Shown here one piece after another: positions 53,249-62,985 of a stretch of DNA of 64,000 nt (its first letter is position 1; every line of letters starts with the position of its first letter). The notes beneath the pieces were generated by a model, which made no database searches, was not told where the DNA came from, and was given only the letters and a program-made list of their open reading frames with translations. Source of the stretch: Deltaproteobacteria bacterium (lineage in GTDB: Bacteria > Myxococcota_A > UBA796 > UBA9615). Location: the NCBI GenBank assembly GCA_023954745.1, contig JAGSHC010000003.1, forward strand, positions 5,395 to 69,394, in the 5' to 3' direction. Position numbers and translations under genes: made by a program.

Positions 53249-56200
53249 TTGGGCGTCGTTGTTCTGGTGGGGAGGACGCGAGAGCAGCGACGGCGCGCCC
53301 TGGCGCCCGTAGCGGGGCTCGACTCGTTCCAGAGGCCCGACTTTCTCTACCTGACGGCGACCCGGCGCAAGGCGGATGTCGTGCGCGCTGCCTGGTGGGA
53401 CCAGCCCGACAAGCCGCCCACGTTCCTCCCCGATGCGCGGCCCTGGGGCGCCTTTCGCGACGACCTCGCCACCCGCTGGGGTGAGGGGCGCGCCCTCCTG
53501 GGCCCCGTGGCTCGTGAGCTGCTGGCCGGCGCGGTCTTCCGCGGACTGCAGCCCCGGTTCCGGGTCTGGGGGGGGCTCCGGGATGGGCCCGAGACGCGGC
53601 GCGCCCTTGCAGCCTTTGCCGAGGATTGGGGGCATGGCTTCACCGGCGATGCGCCTCCTCCCTTGGGGGATGAGCCGTACTCCCTCCGCTTCCCGGGGGA
53701 GCCAGACCACACCTGGGGGCCACTCTTCGCGACCACGAGCGCCGTGGGACCTGCGCTGCGCCAGGACGCCTGGTTCTTCCTCCGCTCCTGGCGCCGTGCC
53801 CTCCGAAACAGCGGAGCCTGGACCGATCGACCAGGCTTCAGTCGGGCGTTGCTGGCGGCGCTGCGCAGCCCCTCGGCACAGCTGCTGGGTTCGTTGCGCG
53901 CCTGGCGCGGCGTGATCGTCGACGACCTTCTGTGGTTGCCACCCCTGGACCGCGCGGTCCTCAAGGCGTTCGTTGCGGCGTACCGCGAAGCCCGGCCCGA
54001 AGGCACGGTGCATCTGTGTCTCGAGGCCCCCACCGCGGGGGACCAGGACACAGTGCGGGCCTGGCTCGCCGGCGAAGAGCACGGGGAGGGGCTCGAGGTC
54101 ACACGCGAGCTCCGCGAAGACTGGGCTTCCTGGCTCCCCGAAGGGCGCCTCGCCCTGGCCGACGACGAGCCGCACGTCGAGGACCTCTCGGATCTCGTCG
54201 TTCGCGACGCCGTCGTGGAAGACGCAGCGGCCGCATGTGGAGGGGTGAGGGTCCGTGGCTACCCCTCGGTGCAGGCGGAGGTCCGCGGGATCGCCCGCAC
54301 CCTGAAGGCCGAGCTGCTGGGCGGTCGCCCCGCGGACGAGATGTTCGTCTCGTTCCCCGACCTCGATCGCTACGCGCCCCTCGTCCGAGACGTGTTCTCG
54401 GCATACGGCATTCCGTTCGTCGTGGAGAAGGGCGAGGAGCTCCTCCACAGCCCGCCGGGTTCAGCGGCACGGCAGCTGCTTCGTCTCGCCACCACCCCTG
54501 CGGAGCCGTCGTCGCTGCGGTCGTTGCTCGCCTCGGGGTGGATTCGAGCCTGGTTCACCGTGGACCGCGCGATGGTCGAGCCCCTGGTCGCGCCCTTGAA
54601 GGCCGCCCTGGGCTCTCGTTTCGAGGCCGTGCACGCTGCAGTTCTCGAGACCGTCGTCGAGCAGGTGACCGTCCGGGCCGACCTCGAGCGGTTGCATCCC
54701 ATCGTGGTGACCTCTGGCGCGCGCGGCGCGCCGAGGGACTGGCTGCCGGACATCGCCGCGTGGCGCCTGCGGAAGGCAGACGACCAACTGGCGCGGTCTC
54801 GGGGCGATGCGTCGCGGATCGAGAGGATTGAGGGTCGGCTGACCCGCGACCTCTGCTCGTACGTGGTCGAGGTGCTGGCACTGGAGCGCTTGCTGGAGGC
54901 GCTGGCTCCCCTGAGCAACGCGCCGACGGCACGGGACGCGGCGCAGCGGTTCGAAGAGCTGCTCGGGTCGATGGGCATTCGGGCTTCGGAGCCCGGCCCC
55001 GACCTCGACCGAGTGCGGACTCGAGCGATGCGCGCCAACGGAGCAGCCATCGAGGCGCTCACGGAGCTTGTGCGTGATGTGGCCGGCTCTTTGGAGGGGG
55101 TCGAGGCGGCGGCGCCCGGAGCGTTCGGCCGATCGGGCGCGGCGTCCCTGTTGCGAGACGCCGTTGAGGAGGCCGTGCGACGCACCCGGTACCGGGCGGC
55201 CGGCCCCCGGGTGGGAGTGCAGATCGTGGGCCTGCGCGATCTGCATGGGGCGGATGTGCCGTGGCTTTGGGTCGGCGGCTTGACGGACGGGGCCTTCCCC
55301 CGGGGTCCGAGACCGGACTTTCTGTTGCCCCGGACCGTGCCTTCCCTGGTGCCGGGCATCGACCGCGCCGATGAGGACCGAGCCATCTTCGCCTCTCTGC
55401 TCCGAAGCGCGGGGCACGGCGTCCGGCGGGCCAGCTCCCGCATTGTGCTGAGCTGGCCTCGGAGCGAGGGCGGGCGGGACGTCGTGCCTTCGCCTCTCGT
55501 GGCCGACCTGCGCGCCCTGCGTACGTCCGAGGGCACCCTCGCGGACTGGTGGACCGTCGAACAGACCACCGCCGAGGCATCTCTGCCGCCCCTGCTCTCT
55601 CGCGACGAGCTGCTGACCCGACCGGACCTGTGCGAGCAGCTGCCTGCCAGCACGGCTCTGCCGGCGGACGACCCGCTGGCGGACCCCACGGCGGACGTCG
55701 AAGGTCCGGCGCTTCTGACCGCGGCAGACCGCAAAGCCATGGGTGCGTGGGACGAGTTGGTGGCAGCGCGGGGCGCCGAGGACGGCTTTGGCGCCTGGGA
55801 TGGTGTCCTCGGGATGGATCGACCGTGGCGTCCGCAAGCGCTGGGCTGGCTGCGGGAGGTGCTCGGGGTGAAGCCGGGGCGTCAGGGCCGAGCCACCCTC
55901 AGTCTCCGCACCACCGGCCTCGAGCGCTGGGTGAAGTGCCCAATCCGCTTCTTCTTCGAGTCGGTGCTGGGGCTGGAGGAGCCACGGCCCTTCGCCATGG
56001 AGCCCGGTCGCGACGAGAGCGGCACGCTGGTGCACGAAGTCCTCGAGCACTTCCTCGCGGAGCGCATCGCGGCGAAGGCCGCCGGAACGATTCCCTCCTC
56101 CGCCCTGTGGACCATGGGGGTCGCCGAGCGCGAGCGTGCCGAGCGGCGTCTGCGGGAGCTCGCGCTTCAGATTGCCGGCGAACGCCTCGCCCACCGCAGT

Positions 56201-57199
56201 GGCCCTTGGGTCGATCGCCTGGTGGAGGACCTCGTCGCAGGACTCCCTGGCAGTAGTGGCAGCTGGCTCGGTCCGCTGGCCCGCTTCCTGGGCGAGGAGA
56301 CCCGCGGGCACTTCCTGGACGCGGAGCCGGCCCACGTGGAGTGGACCTTCGAGGGACTGTCGCCCGCATCCGCGGCCTACCGCCTGAGCCCGAAGGACAG
56401 CCGTGACCCCCTCTTTCGGGTCGGAACGGGCGATGTGGACGTGCGGCTGCGAGGCTCCATCGACCGCGTCGACCTGCCAGCGCGTCGCAGCTACGGGGGT
56501 CGACCCCGGGGGGATGGGGGGCTTCGGGCGGTCGTGTACGACTACAAGACCGGCTACACCCCGTTCGTCGACGACGTCGACAAGGGTCTCCAGCTCCAGC
56601 CTGCGGTCTACCCCATGGCCATTGATGTGCCCTGGTACGCCTCGGGCCTGGTGTCGGGATACTGGGAGCTGCGCTCCGATGTGGGTCGGCAGCGTCGGCG
56701 CCTCGCCATCTCCAGCCGGCTCCGCCGGTATCTGATGGATCAGCGTGGCCTGAGCCGGCCCATCGGCTTCCGCTACACCACTCACGAGGTGACCATGTGG
56801 GCTTGGCGGGCCTGGCTGATGCGCACCGACTGGTACGGGCAGCTGGTGGCCTCGGGGGTGTTCCCGCCCACGCTGCACAAGCCCAAGGTTGCCGGGTGCC
56901 AGTACTGCCCCTTCCGGCGGGCGTGCCGGACCGAGCCGGTGCGCACCGAGCGCGTCCTCAACCCTCCGCCCAACGCGGACGGCCGCACCCCCCCGGTGTT
57001 CTGGCCGGCCTCGGTGTCGGTCTGGGAGGGGCTGGACGCCATGTTTGGGGCGCGCGGTGGCGGCGAGCCCGACGAAGAGCCCGAGGCCCCCGAGGACGAC
57101 GGCGTGAGCATCCCCCAGCCCGCGGTCGTGCTGCCGGCGCCGGGGCCGCCGAGCACCGATGAGTTCGATGACTTCTTCGATGGGGACATGGGCTTCTGA
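53249..57199 (+). CDS. addB: AddB-like double-strand-break repair nuclease subunit (alphaproteobacterial type, no Walker A motif found), C-terminal PD-(D/E)XK + Fe-S nuclease
   Basis: C-terminus RAVVYDYKTGYTPFVDDVDKG and CQYCPFRRAC. Stop overlaps the addA-like ATG. Start is TTG 53249, 2 nt after the upstream stop. 1316 aa. Confidence 0.7.
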   Translation: MGVVVLVGRTREQRRRALAPVAGLDSFQRPDFLYLTATRRKADVVRAAWWDQPDKPPTFLPDARPWGAFRDDLATRWGEGRALLGPVARELLAGAVFRGLQPRFRVWGGLRDGPETRRALAAFAEDWGHGFTGDAPPPLGDEPYSLRFPGEPDHTWGPLFATTSAVGPALRQDAWFFLRSWRRALRNSGAWTDRPGFSRALLAALRSPSAQLLGSLRAWRGVIVDDLLWLPPLDRAVLKAFVAAYREARPEGTVHLCLEAPTAGDQDTVRAWLAGEEHGEGLEVTRELREDWASWLPEGRLALADDEPHVEDLSDLVVRDAVVEDAAAACGGVRVRGYPSVQAEVRGIARTLKAELLGGRPADEMFVSFPDLDRYAPLVRDVFSAYGIPFVVEKGEELLHSPPGSAARQLLRLATTPAEPSSLRSLLASGWIRAWFTVDRAMVEPLVAPLKAALGSRFEAVHAAVLETVVEQVTVRADLERLHPIVVTSGARGAPRDWLPDIAAWRLRKADDQLARSRGDASRIERIEGRLTRDLCSYVVEVLALERLLEALAPLSNAPTARDAAQRFEELLGSMGIRASEPGPDLDRVRTRAMRANGAAIEALTELVRDVAGSLEGVEAAAPGAFGRSGAASLLRDAVEEAVRRTRYRAAGPRVGVQIVGLRDLHGADVPWLWVGGLTDGAFPRGPRPDFLLPRTVPSLVPGIDRADEDRAIFASLLRSAGHGVRRASSRIVLSWPRSEGGRDVVPSPLVADLRALRTSEGTLADWWTVEQTTAEASLPPLLSRDELLTRPDLCEQLPASTALPADDPLADPTADVEGPALLTAADRKAMGAWDELVAARGAEDGFGAWDGVLGMDRPWRPQALGWLREVLGVKPGRQGRATLSLRTTGLERWVKCPIRFFFESVLGLEEPRPFAMEPGRDESGTLVHEVLEHFLAERIAAKAAGTIPSSALWTMGVAERERAERRLRELALQIAGERLAHRSGPWVDRLVEDLVAGLPGSSGSWLGPLARFLGEETRGHFLDAEPAHVEWTFEGLSPASAAYRLSPKDSRDPLFRVGTGDVDVRLRGSIDRVDLPARRSYGGRPRGDGGLRAVVYDYKTGYTPFVDDVDKGLQLQPAVYPMAIDVPWYASGLVSGYWELRSDVGRQRRRLAISSRLRRYLMDQRGLSRPIGFRYTTHEVTMWAWRAWLMRTDWYGQLVASGVFPPTLHKPKVAGCQYCPFRRACRTEPVRTERVLNPPPNADGRTPPVFWPASVSVWEGLDAMFGARGGGEPDEEPEAPEDDGVSIPQPAVVLPAPGPPSTDEFDDFFDGDMGF

Positions 57200-60100
57200 T
57201 GGCGTTGTTCTCTGTCGAAGATGGCGTGCTCCTCCCCGGGGCGGACGGACTCACCGACGAGCAGAGTCGGGCTCTTGAGCTCGGCCAGCACGTGTTGGTC
57301 GCGGCCGGCGCGGGCTCCGGGAAGACGCGCACCCTGACCCGGCGCTATCTCCGGATCCTCGGCGCCTTTGCGTGGGAGGCCGCCCTCGGCAAGAAGGCCC
57401 CGGGGCCCGAAGCGATCCTGGTCTCCACCTTCACCGAACGGGCGGCCGCCGAGATGCGCGCTCGCATCCGATCAGAGCTCGGTGTCGCGGTGCGCGAGCT
57501 GCGCGACCGTCGCGAAGAGCTGGCGGAGAAGGTGAGCGGGGGCGCCGAGCGGGTCGACGCGGTGCTCGACCATCTCGCGGCGTGCAAGCGCGGCTTCGAC
57601 CGCGCGCGCATCGGCACCTTTCACTCGTTCGCGGCGTCGACGCTGCGGGAGATGGCCGCGCACGCGGGGTTGGATCCGGGCTTCCAGATCCTCGAGCAGG
57701 CCGACGAGAGCTTGCTGCGCGAGCGTGCGGTGGAGGAGGCTCTGTTCCCCGTCGAGCGTCACGGGCAGCCGGCTGCCTTGTTCATGCTCGAGCGGCGGGC
57801 TCTGCTCGATGTGCTCAGGACCTGGGTGCGCCGCCGCCACGATCTACGGGCCTTCTCCGCGACCCTCGACCGCAGCGACGAGGCGCTGTTGGAGCTCTGG
57901 CACGACCGATACGCCGACGTCGCGCTCGATGAACTCGAGCGCGAGCTGTCCGCAGGGGGGCACCTGTTCGGATTGCTCGAGGCGTTCGCGGATCTGGAGC
58001 ACGATCTCCGGGACCCCACCCGGCCTCCCACGGCGATCGCCCACACGAAGCGGGCCCTGCTGATGATGGCGGAGCCGCCGCCGCTACACCCCGTCGAGCG
58101 GGCGGACCGACTGCGCACGATCGTCGCGCTCTTTCGCACGGGGGGGGGCCTCAAGCACGTAGCGAAGGCCCATGCGTCCTGGACGGGCAGCCAGAGCGAG
58201 ATTCGCTACCCGGACCGCAAGAACGAGATCCGCCAAGCGTGGGCTGATCTGCGCCCAGTGCTCGTCGAGGTCTTTGGAGAGCACGGGGAGCGGCTCGAGT
58301 CCCTGCTCGGGGGCCCCGACCGCATTGGGATCCCCGTCTTGCGGGCCCTGCACCAGGTGGGCTCCGAGGCCGTCCATCGCTACCAGGCGCATCTCGACGA
58401 GGCCCGATGCCTCGACTTCGCCGAGCTCGAGGCTCGACTCCTGCATCTCCTGACGACGAGCGACTCCGCGCGCCGTCGCCTTCAGCGTCGGTTCCGCCAC
58501 GTCCTCGTGGACGAGTTCCAGGACACCAACACCACCCAGTGGCGCGTGGTGAAGCTCCTGCTCGGACAGCCCATGCGGACCTCGGGCCTGTTCGTCGTGG
58601 GGGACCCGAAGCAGGCGATCTACCGCTTCCGGGGGGGCGATGTGACCGTCTTCGAACGAGCCCGCCGGGAGCTTGGAGGGGTGGGGGGGCTCGACCTCGC
58701 CTTCACCTGGAACTTCCGCTCTCGGCCGGCCCTCATCGAGGGGTTCAATGCGCTGTTCGGCTGGCTGATGCCTCCCCTGGAGAGCGAGGACCCCTCCTGG
58801 GAGGCGCGCTTCGAGCCCCTGACTGCCAAGCGTTGGTTGGCCCCGGGGGACGACCACCGAGGCCAGATCGATCTTGTCTGGCTGACGGAAGAGGACGACG
58901 AGCAGGACGAGGAGCCGGGAACCGAGTCCCTCGCGGGGGACGTCTCGGCCCCGGCAGTGCCCGACGAGCCACCGCCCCCCGCGGATGGGTTCGATGTGCT
59001 CGCCCTCGACGCCGCGGAGCGGGCTGCGGCCCGGGAAGCCCATGCTCCCGTGTTGGGAAATCTGCCCCCGGTGCATCGCGAAGCGCGCATGGTCGCGAAC
59101 TTGGTGCGGGACGTGCTCTTGCCGTCGTCCGCGTCCCACGAAGGGATTCGCGTGGCGCTGCTCCTGCGACGGCGCACCCACCTTCCGGTCTATGCCCGAG
59201 CCCTACGGGAGGAGGGCGTGCCGCACGTAGTGGCGCGCGGGCGCGGGTTCTTCGGGCGGCAAGAGGTCCAGGACCTGGGCAACCTCTTGCTCTCCCTCGC
59301 TCATCCCGACGACGCCATCGCCTTGCTCGGAGCCCTGCGCGGGCCGCTCTTGCGGCTCGAAGATGCCTGGCTGGTGTGGCTCGTCCACGCATCCCGAGGC
59401 GAGCGTTCGTCTGCCTTGCAGCGCGCTTGGCGGGACGTCCTCCGCTTGGCCGAGGCCACCGGCCCCGAGCGCGACGAGCTCGTCGAGAAGCTGGAGTGGG
59501 GCGAGCTCCCCGCCGAGGGACAGACGGCGCTCCTCGACGCGGCCCACCGCTTCCTCAGATGGCGAGCCCTGACCCGGGAGCTGCCTCTCTCGGGGTTCTT
59601 GAGGCAGGTCGTCACGGAGACGGCGTCGGTGTACGGCCTCGCCAAGACCGACCCCACCGGCCAGGCCATGGCCAACGTCGAGAAGCTCATCTCCCTCGCG
59701 CTGGCCTACGACTCGCGGGGTGCCGAGGGGCTCGCGGACTTCGCGGACTTCCTCGGTCAGCAAGACGCCATGGGTGCTGACGAGGGGGACGCCACCCTCG
59801 ACGCCACCGCGCCCGTGGTCCTCATGACCATCCACCAGTCCAAGGGGCTGGAGTTCCCGACGGTCGTGCTGCCGGACATCGCCCAGCTCCTCCGCTTCCG
59901 GGCGAACGACGCGATGCTTCTTGCGCGCCTGCCGAGCCCCAACGAAGAGAGCCCCTCGGACGCCCCCGATCGGTGGGAGCCGGGCATCGCCATCCCCATC
60001 GTCGAGGACGGCAAGCGGGAGCGGCGAGACATGCTGCTCCGCCGTCTCATCCGGCGGCAGGACCGCTGGGAGGACATCGCTGAGGCGCGGCGGCTTCTGT

Positions 60101-61152
60101 ACGTGGCTGCGACCCGGGCGCGGGATCGGCTGGTCACGTTGTCGCTGCCTCTCGCCGCGACGGCCCTCGACCGGGTCGAGAGCGGAGCTCCCAAGGACAC
60201 CGCCACCTCCTGGTCCGAGTGGCTCCGCATGGGGGGAGGGCTGCTCCAGTCCAAGGGCGCGCGGCTGATGGACGTGGGGCCGAACGCCCGGTTCCCCACC
60301 ACGAGTCAGCAGCTGGAGGCCGCCCAGATGGGCGCCGAGCTACGGGCCCGTGGGGATGGCTGGATTCCCGAAGAGCGCGACCACACAGCTCTCGCCGACC
60401 TCCCCGACGTGGCTCGCGCCATCTCGGCCATCGAAGCTGAGCCCCTGCGTCACACCTCTCCCCACGCTCTGCAGCGCGATGCGCCTCCGGCCGCGCCGAC
60501 TCCTGCGGACCTCCGTCCCCCCCCGGAGCTCGACCCTCGCAGTGCCGGGCTGCTTCGCGGCCTCCTGGTGCACGGATGCCTCGAGGATGGCCTCACCAAG
60601 CCCAGCGCCATGACTCGCCGACGGGTCAAGCAGGCTCTCGCCGCCGAGGGACAGCTGAGCGACGCAGCCGAAGCCTGGCTCCACGCGGCGCTGGTGCGTC
60701 ACCTGCGCGGGTACCGCAAGGCGGCTCCCCCCGAGCTGAACGCGGAGGACGCCACGGTGTTCAGGGAGCTGCCGTTTCGACTGCGCATGCCCGCCTCCAC
60801 GGTGACCGGCGGAGGTGCTTCGTGGCTCGATGGGGTGATCGACGCCGTCTACCGGCGCCCGGAGGAGAAGTGCTGGTACGTGCTCGACTACAAGTCGGAC
60901 GAGGGGGACCCTCAGTCCCTCGCGGAGGCGTACCTGCCCCAGATCCTGGCTTATGCGTGGGCAGCGAGCCGGGTCTTGCCCGATCTGCGCGATCGGGGCT
61001 GGAGGGTCGGGGGGGAGCTGCTGTTCACCGCGACCGGCCGGCGCCTGCTGTTGTTCGAGCCCATGGCCATCGAGGAGGTGGGCGTGGCCTTCCGACGCCA
61101 TCTGCGCGCTGCCGGCCTCGAGGCAGAGGCTCCAGGCCCCGATCAGGACTGA
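57199..61152 (+). CDS. addA: AddA-like UvrD/Rep-family helicase-nuclease
   Basis: VAAGAGSGKT Walker A. DEFQDTN Walker B. UvrD motifs. C-terminal nuclease CWYVLDYKSDEG. Confidence 0.85.
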   Translation: MALFSVEDGVLLPGADGLTDEQSRALELGQHVLVAAGAGSGKTRTLTRRYLRILGAFAWEAALGKKAPGPEAILVSTFTERAAAEMRARIRSELGVAVRELRDRREELAEKVSGGAERVDAVLDHLAACKRGFDRARIGTFHSFAASTLREMAAHAGLDPGFQILEQADESLLRERAVEEALFPVERHGQPAALFMLERRALLDVLRTWVRRRHDLRAFSATLDRSDEALLELWHDRYADVALDELERELSAGGHLFGLLEAFADLEHDLRDPTRPPTAIAHTKRALLMMAEPPPLHPVERADRLRTIVALFRTGGGLKHVAKAHASWTGSQSEIRYPDRKNEIRQAWADLRPVLVEVFGEHGERLESLLGGPDRIGIPVLRALHQVGSEAVHRYQAHLDEARCLDFAELEARLLHLLTTSDSARRRLQRRFRHVLVDEFQDTNTTQWRVVKLLLGQPMRTSGLFVVGDPKQAIYRFRGGDVTVFERARRELGGVGGLDLAFTWNFRSRPALIEGFNALFGWLMPPLESEDPSWEARFEPLTAKRWLAPGDDHRGQIDLVWLTEEDDEQDEEPGTESLAGDVSAPAVPDEPPPPADGFDVLALDAAERAAAREAHAPVLGNLPPVHREARMVANLVRDVLLPSSASHEGIRVALLLRRRTHLPVYARALREEGVPHVVARGRGFFGRQEVQDLGNLLLSLAHPDDAIALLGALRGPLLRLEDAWLVWLVHASRGERSSALQRAWRDVLRLAEATGPERDELVEKLEWGELPAEGQTALLDAAHRFLRWRALTRELPLSGFLRQVVTETASVYGLAKTDPTGQAMANVEKLISLALAYDSRGAEGLADFADFLGQQDAMGADEGDATLDATAPVVLMTIHQSKGLEFPTVVLPDIAQLLRFRANDAMLLARLPSPNEESPSDAPDRWEPGIAIPIVEDGKRERRDMLLRRLIRRQDRWEDIAEARRLLYVAATRARDRLVTLSLPLAATALDRVESGAPKDTATSWSEWLRMGGGLLQSKGARLMDVGPNARFPTTSQQLEAAQMGAELRARGDGWIPEERDHTALADLPDVARAISAIEAEPLRHTSPHALQRDAPPAAPTPADLRPPPELDPRSAGLLRGLLVHGCLEDGLTKPSAMTRRRVKQALAAEGQLSDAAEAWLHAALVRHLRGYRKAAPPELNAEDATVFRELPFRLRMPASTVTGGGASWLDGVIDAVYRRPEEKCWYVLDYKSDEGDPQSLAEAYLPQILAYAWAASRVLPDLRDRGWRVGGELLFTATGRRLLLFEPMAIEEVGVAFRRHLRAAGLEAEAPGPDQD

Positions 61153-61241
61153 TCGAGTACGCCGGCGCAGACGGTCGAAGCCATCTGGCCCCGCTCCTGT
61201 ATGTTTTTAGGTCCGGAGTAGGGCAATGGAAGAGGAGGTCC

Positions 61242-62939
61242 ATGTTCTTCAAAGCCGAGAATCCTCTGATCGTGCAAGGCGATGGCACGCTGCTGCTCGA
61301 GGTGGAGACCTCCCGGTACGAGGAGGCTCGGGACTTTCTCGCGAGGTTTGCTGAGCTCGAGAAGTCGCCGGCTCACATGCACACCTACCGCATCACGTCG
61401 CTCTCGCTCTGGAATGCAGCGGCGGCGGGACTGGGGGCGATGGACATCGTCGCCGGCCTCACGGACCTCACGAAGTACGAGCTGCCCCCGAACGTGGGCG
61501 ACGACATCAAGGAGAAGATCGGCCGGTTCGGAAAGGTCGTGCTTCTGCGTGGCGAGGACGACGACGACGGCAATCAGACCCTGCTTCTCCAGACGACCCA
61601 GGACTCCGTTGCGCGCCAGATCGCCGCCACCCCGAAGGTCTACAAGCAGACATCTGGGGCGATGAAAGAGGGGCTGTTCCGGGTTCCCCTGGCGAACCGC
61701 GGCACGATCAAGCAGGCGCTCCTCAAGCTGGGCTATCCGGTCGACGACCGCGCGGGCTTCGTAGAGGGGGCGGCCCTCGACGTGCAGATGCGGCAGGAGT
61801 GCCTGACGGGCCGCCCGTTCCACCTACGTCGCTACCAGCGTCTCGCGGTGGAGACCTGGCACAAGAACGGGACCTGGGAAGGCGGCCACGGGGTGGTGGT
61901 GCTCCCGTGTGGGGCCGGCAAGACCATCGTGGGCATCGCGACGATGGCGTCGACGTCCTGCCAGACGCTGATCCTCGCCACCGGCGTCACGGCCGTGCGG
62001 CAGTGGATCGACGAGATCCTCGACAAGACCGAGCTGACCCCCGAGGAGGTTGGGGAGTACAGCGGCGCCCACAAGCAGATTCGCCCCGTCACGGTGACCA
62101 CCTATCAGATGCTCACCCACCGCCCGTCGCGTGACGCGCAGTTCACCCACCTCGGGCTGTTCACGGCCAACGATTGGGGCCTCATCATCTACGACGAGGT
62201 GCACCTGCTCCCGGCTCCGGTGTTCCGCGTCACCGCGGACATTCAGGCCAGGCGCCGACTCGGCCTTACGGCAACCCTGGTGCGTGAGGACGGGCGCGAG
62301 GCGGACGTGTTCTCCCTCATCGGCCCCAAGCGCTACGACGTCCCTTGGCGGGAACTGGAGCGAAAGGGCTTTGTCGCGGAGGCGCTCTGCACCGAAGTAC
62401 GGATTCCGCTCCCCGGGGCGCTGCTGGTGAAGTACCAGATGGCCGAGAAGCGTCTCAAGGGGCGCATTGCAGCGGAGAACCCTCTCAAGATGGGAGTCGT
62501 CGCCGAGCTCCTCGAGCGGCACAAGGACGACAAGATTCTCGTCATCGGCATGTACCTCGACCAGCTGGCCATCGCCACGCGCCTGTTTGGGGCGCCTCTC
62601 ATCACCGGGAAGACGAAGAACGACGAGCGGGATCGGCTCTACGAGGCCTTCCGCCAGGGGGAGATCAACGTGCTCACGGTGAGCAAGGTCGCCAACTTCA
62701 GCATCAACCTTCCCGACGCCAACGTCGCCATTCAGATCTCCGGGACCTTTGGCTCTCGGCAGGAGGAAGCGCAGCGCCTGGGCCGGATCCTGCGGCCCAG
62801 CGGAGGCAAGGCGTTCTTCTACTCGCTGGTGACCCGGAATAGCCGCGAGCAAGAGTTCGCACACAACCGACAGCTGTTCCTGACCGAACAGGGGTACAGT
62901 TACTCCATAGAGGAATGGGATCCGCCGGACGAAGTCTAG
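61242..62939 (+). CDS. XPB/Ssl2(ERCC3)-type SF2 DNA helicase
   Basis: GGAGG RBS. VLPCGAGKT Walker A. DEVH box. TATLVRED motif. N-terminal damage-recognition-like domain. 565 aa. Confidence 0.85.
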   Translation: MFFKAENPLIVQGDGTLLLEVETSRYEEARDFLARFAELEKSPAHMHTYRITSLSLWNAAAAGLGAMDIVAGLTDLTKYELPPNVGDDIKEKIGRFGKVVLLRGEDDDDGNQTLLLQTTQDSVARQIAATPKVYKQTSGAMKEGLFRVPLANRGTIKQALLKLGYPVDDRAGFVEGAALDVQMRQECLTGRPFHLRRYQRLAVETWHKNGTWEGGHGVVVLPCGAGKTIVGIATMASTSCQTLILATGVTAVRQWIDEILDKTELTPEEVGEYSGAHKQIRPVTVTTYQMLTHRPSRDAQFTHLGLFTANDWGLIIYDEVHLLPAPVFRVTADIQARRRLGLTATLVREDGREADVFSLIGPKRYDVPWRELERKGFVAEALCTEVRIPLPGALLVKYQMAEKRLKGRIAAENPLKMGVVAELLERHKDDKILVIGMYLDQLAIATRLFGAPLITGKTKNDERDRLYEAFRQGEINVLTVSKVANFSINLPDANVAIQISGTFGSRQEEAQRLGRILRPSGGKAFFYSLVTRNSREQEFAHNRQLFLTEQGYSYSIEEWDPPDEV

Positions 62940-62985
62940 TCGGGTGCCCGAGGGCGGCCGCGCCGAGGCGCGGCGAGGAGTTGGA

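Noticed and set aside
58134-58148. G7–G8 homopolymer runs inside the addA-like CDS (58134..58148 and 58684..58690), considered as programmed frameshift or phase-variation sites.
   Set aside because: At about 70% GC such runs are expected by chance inside Gly/Arg/Pro codons, and the reading frames are intact. Only the intergenic G8 at 48567 was kept as a finding.
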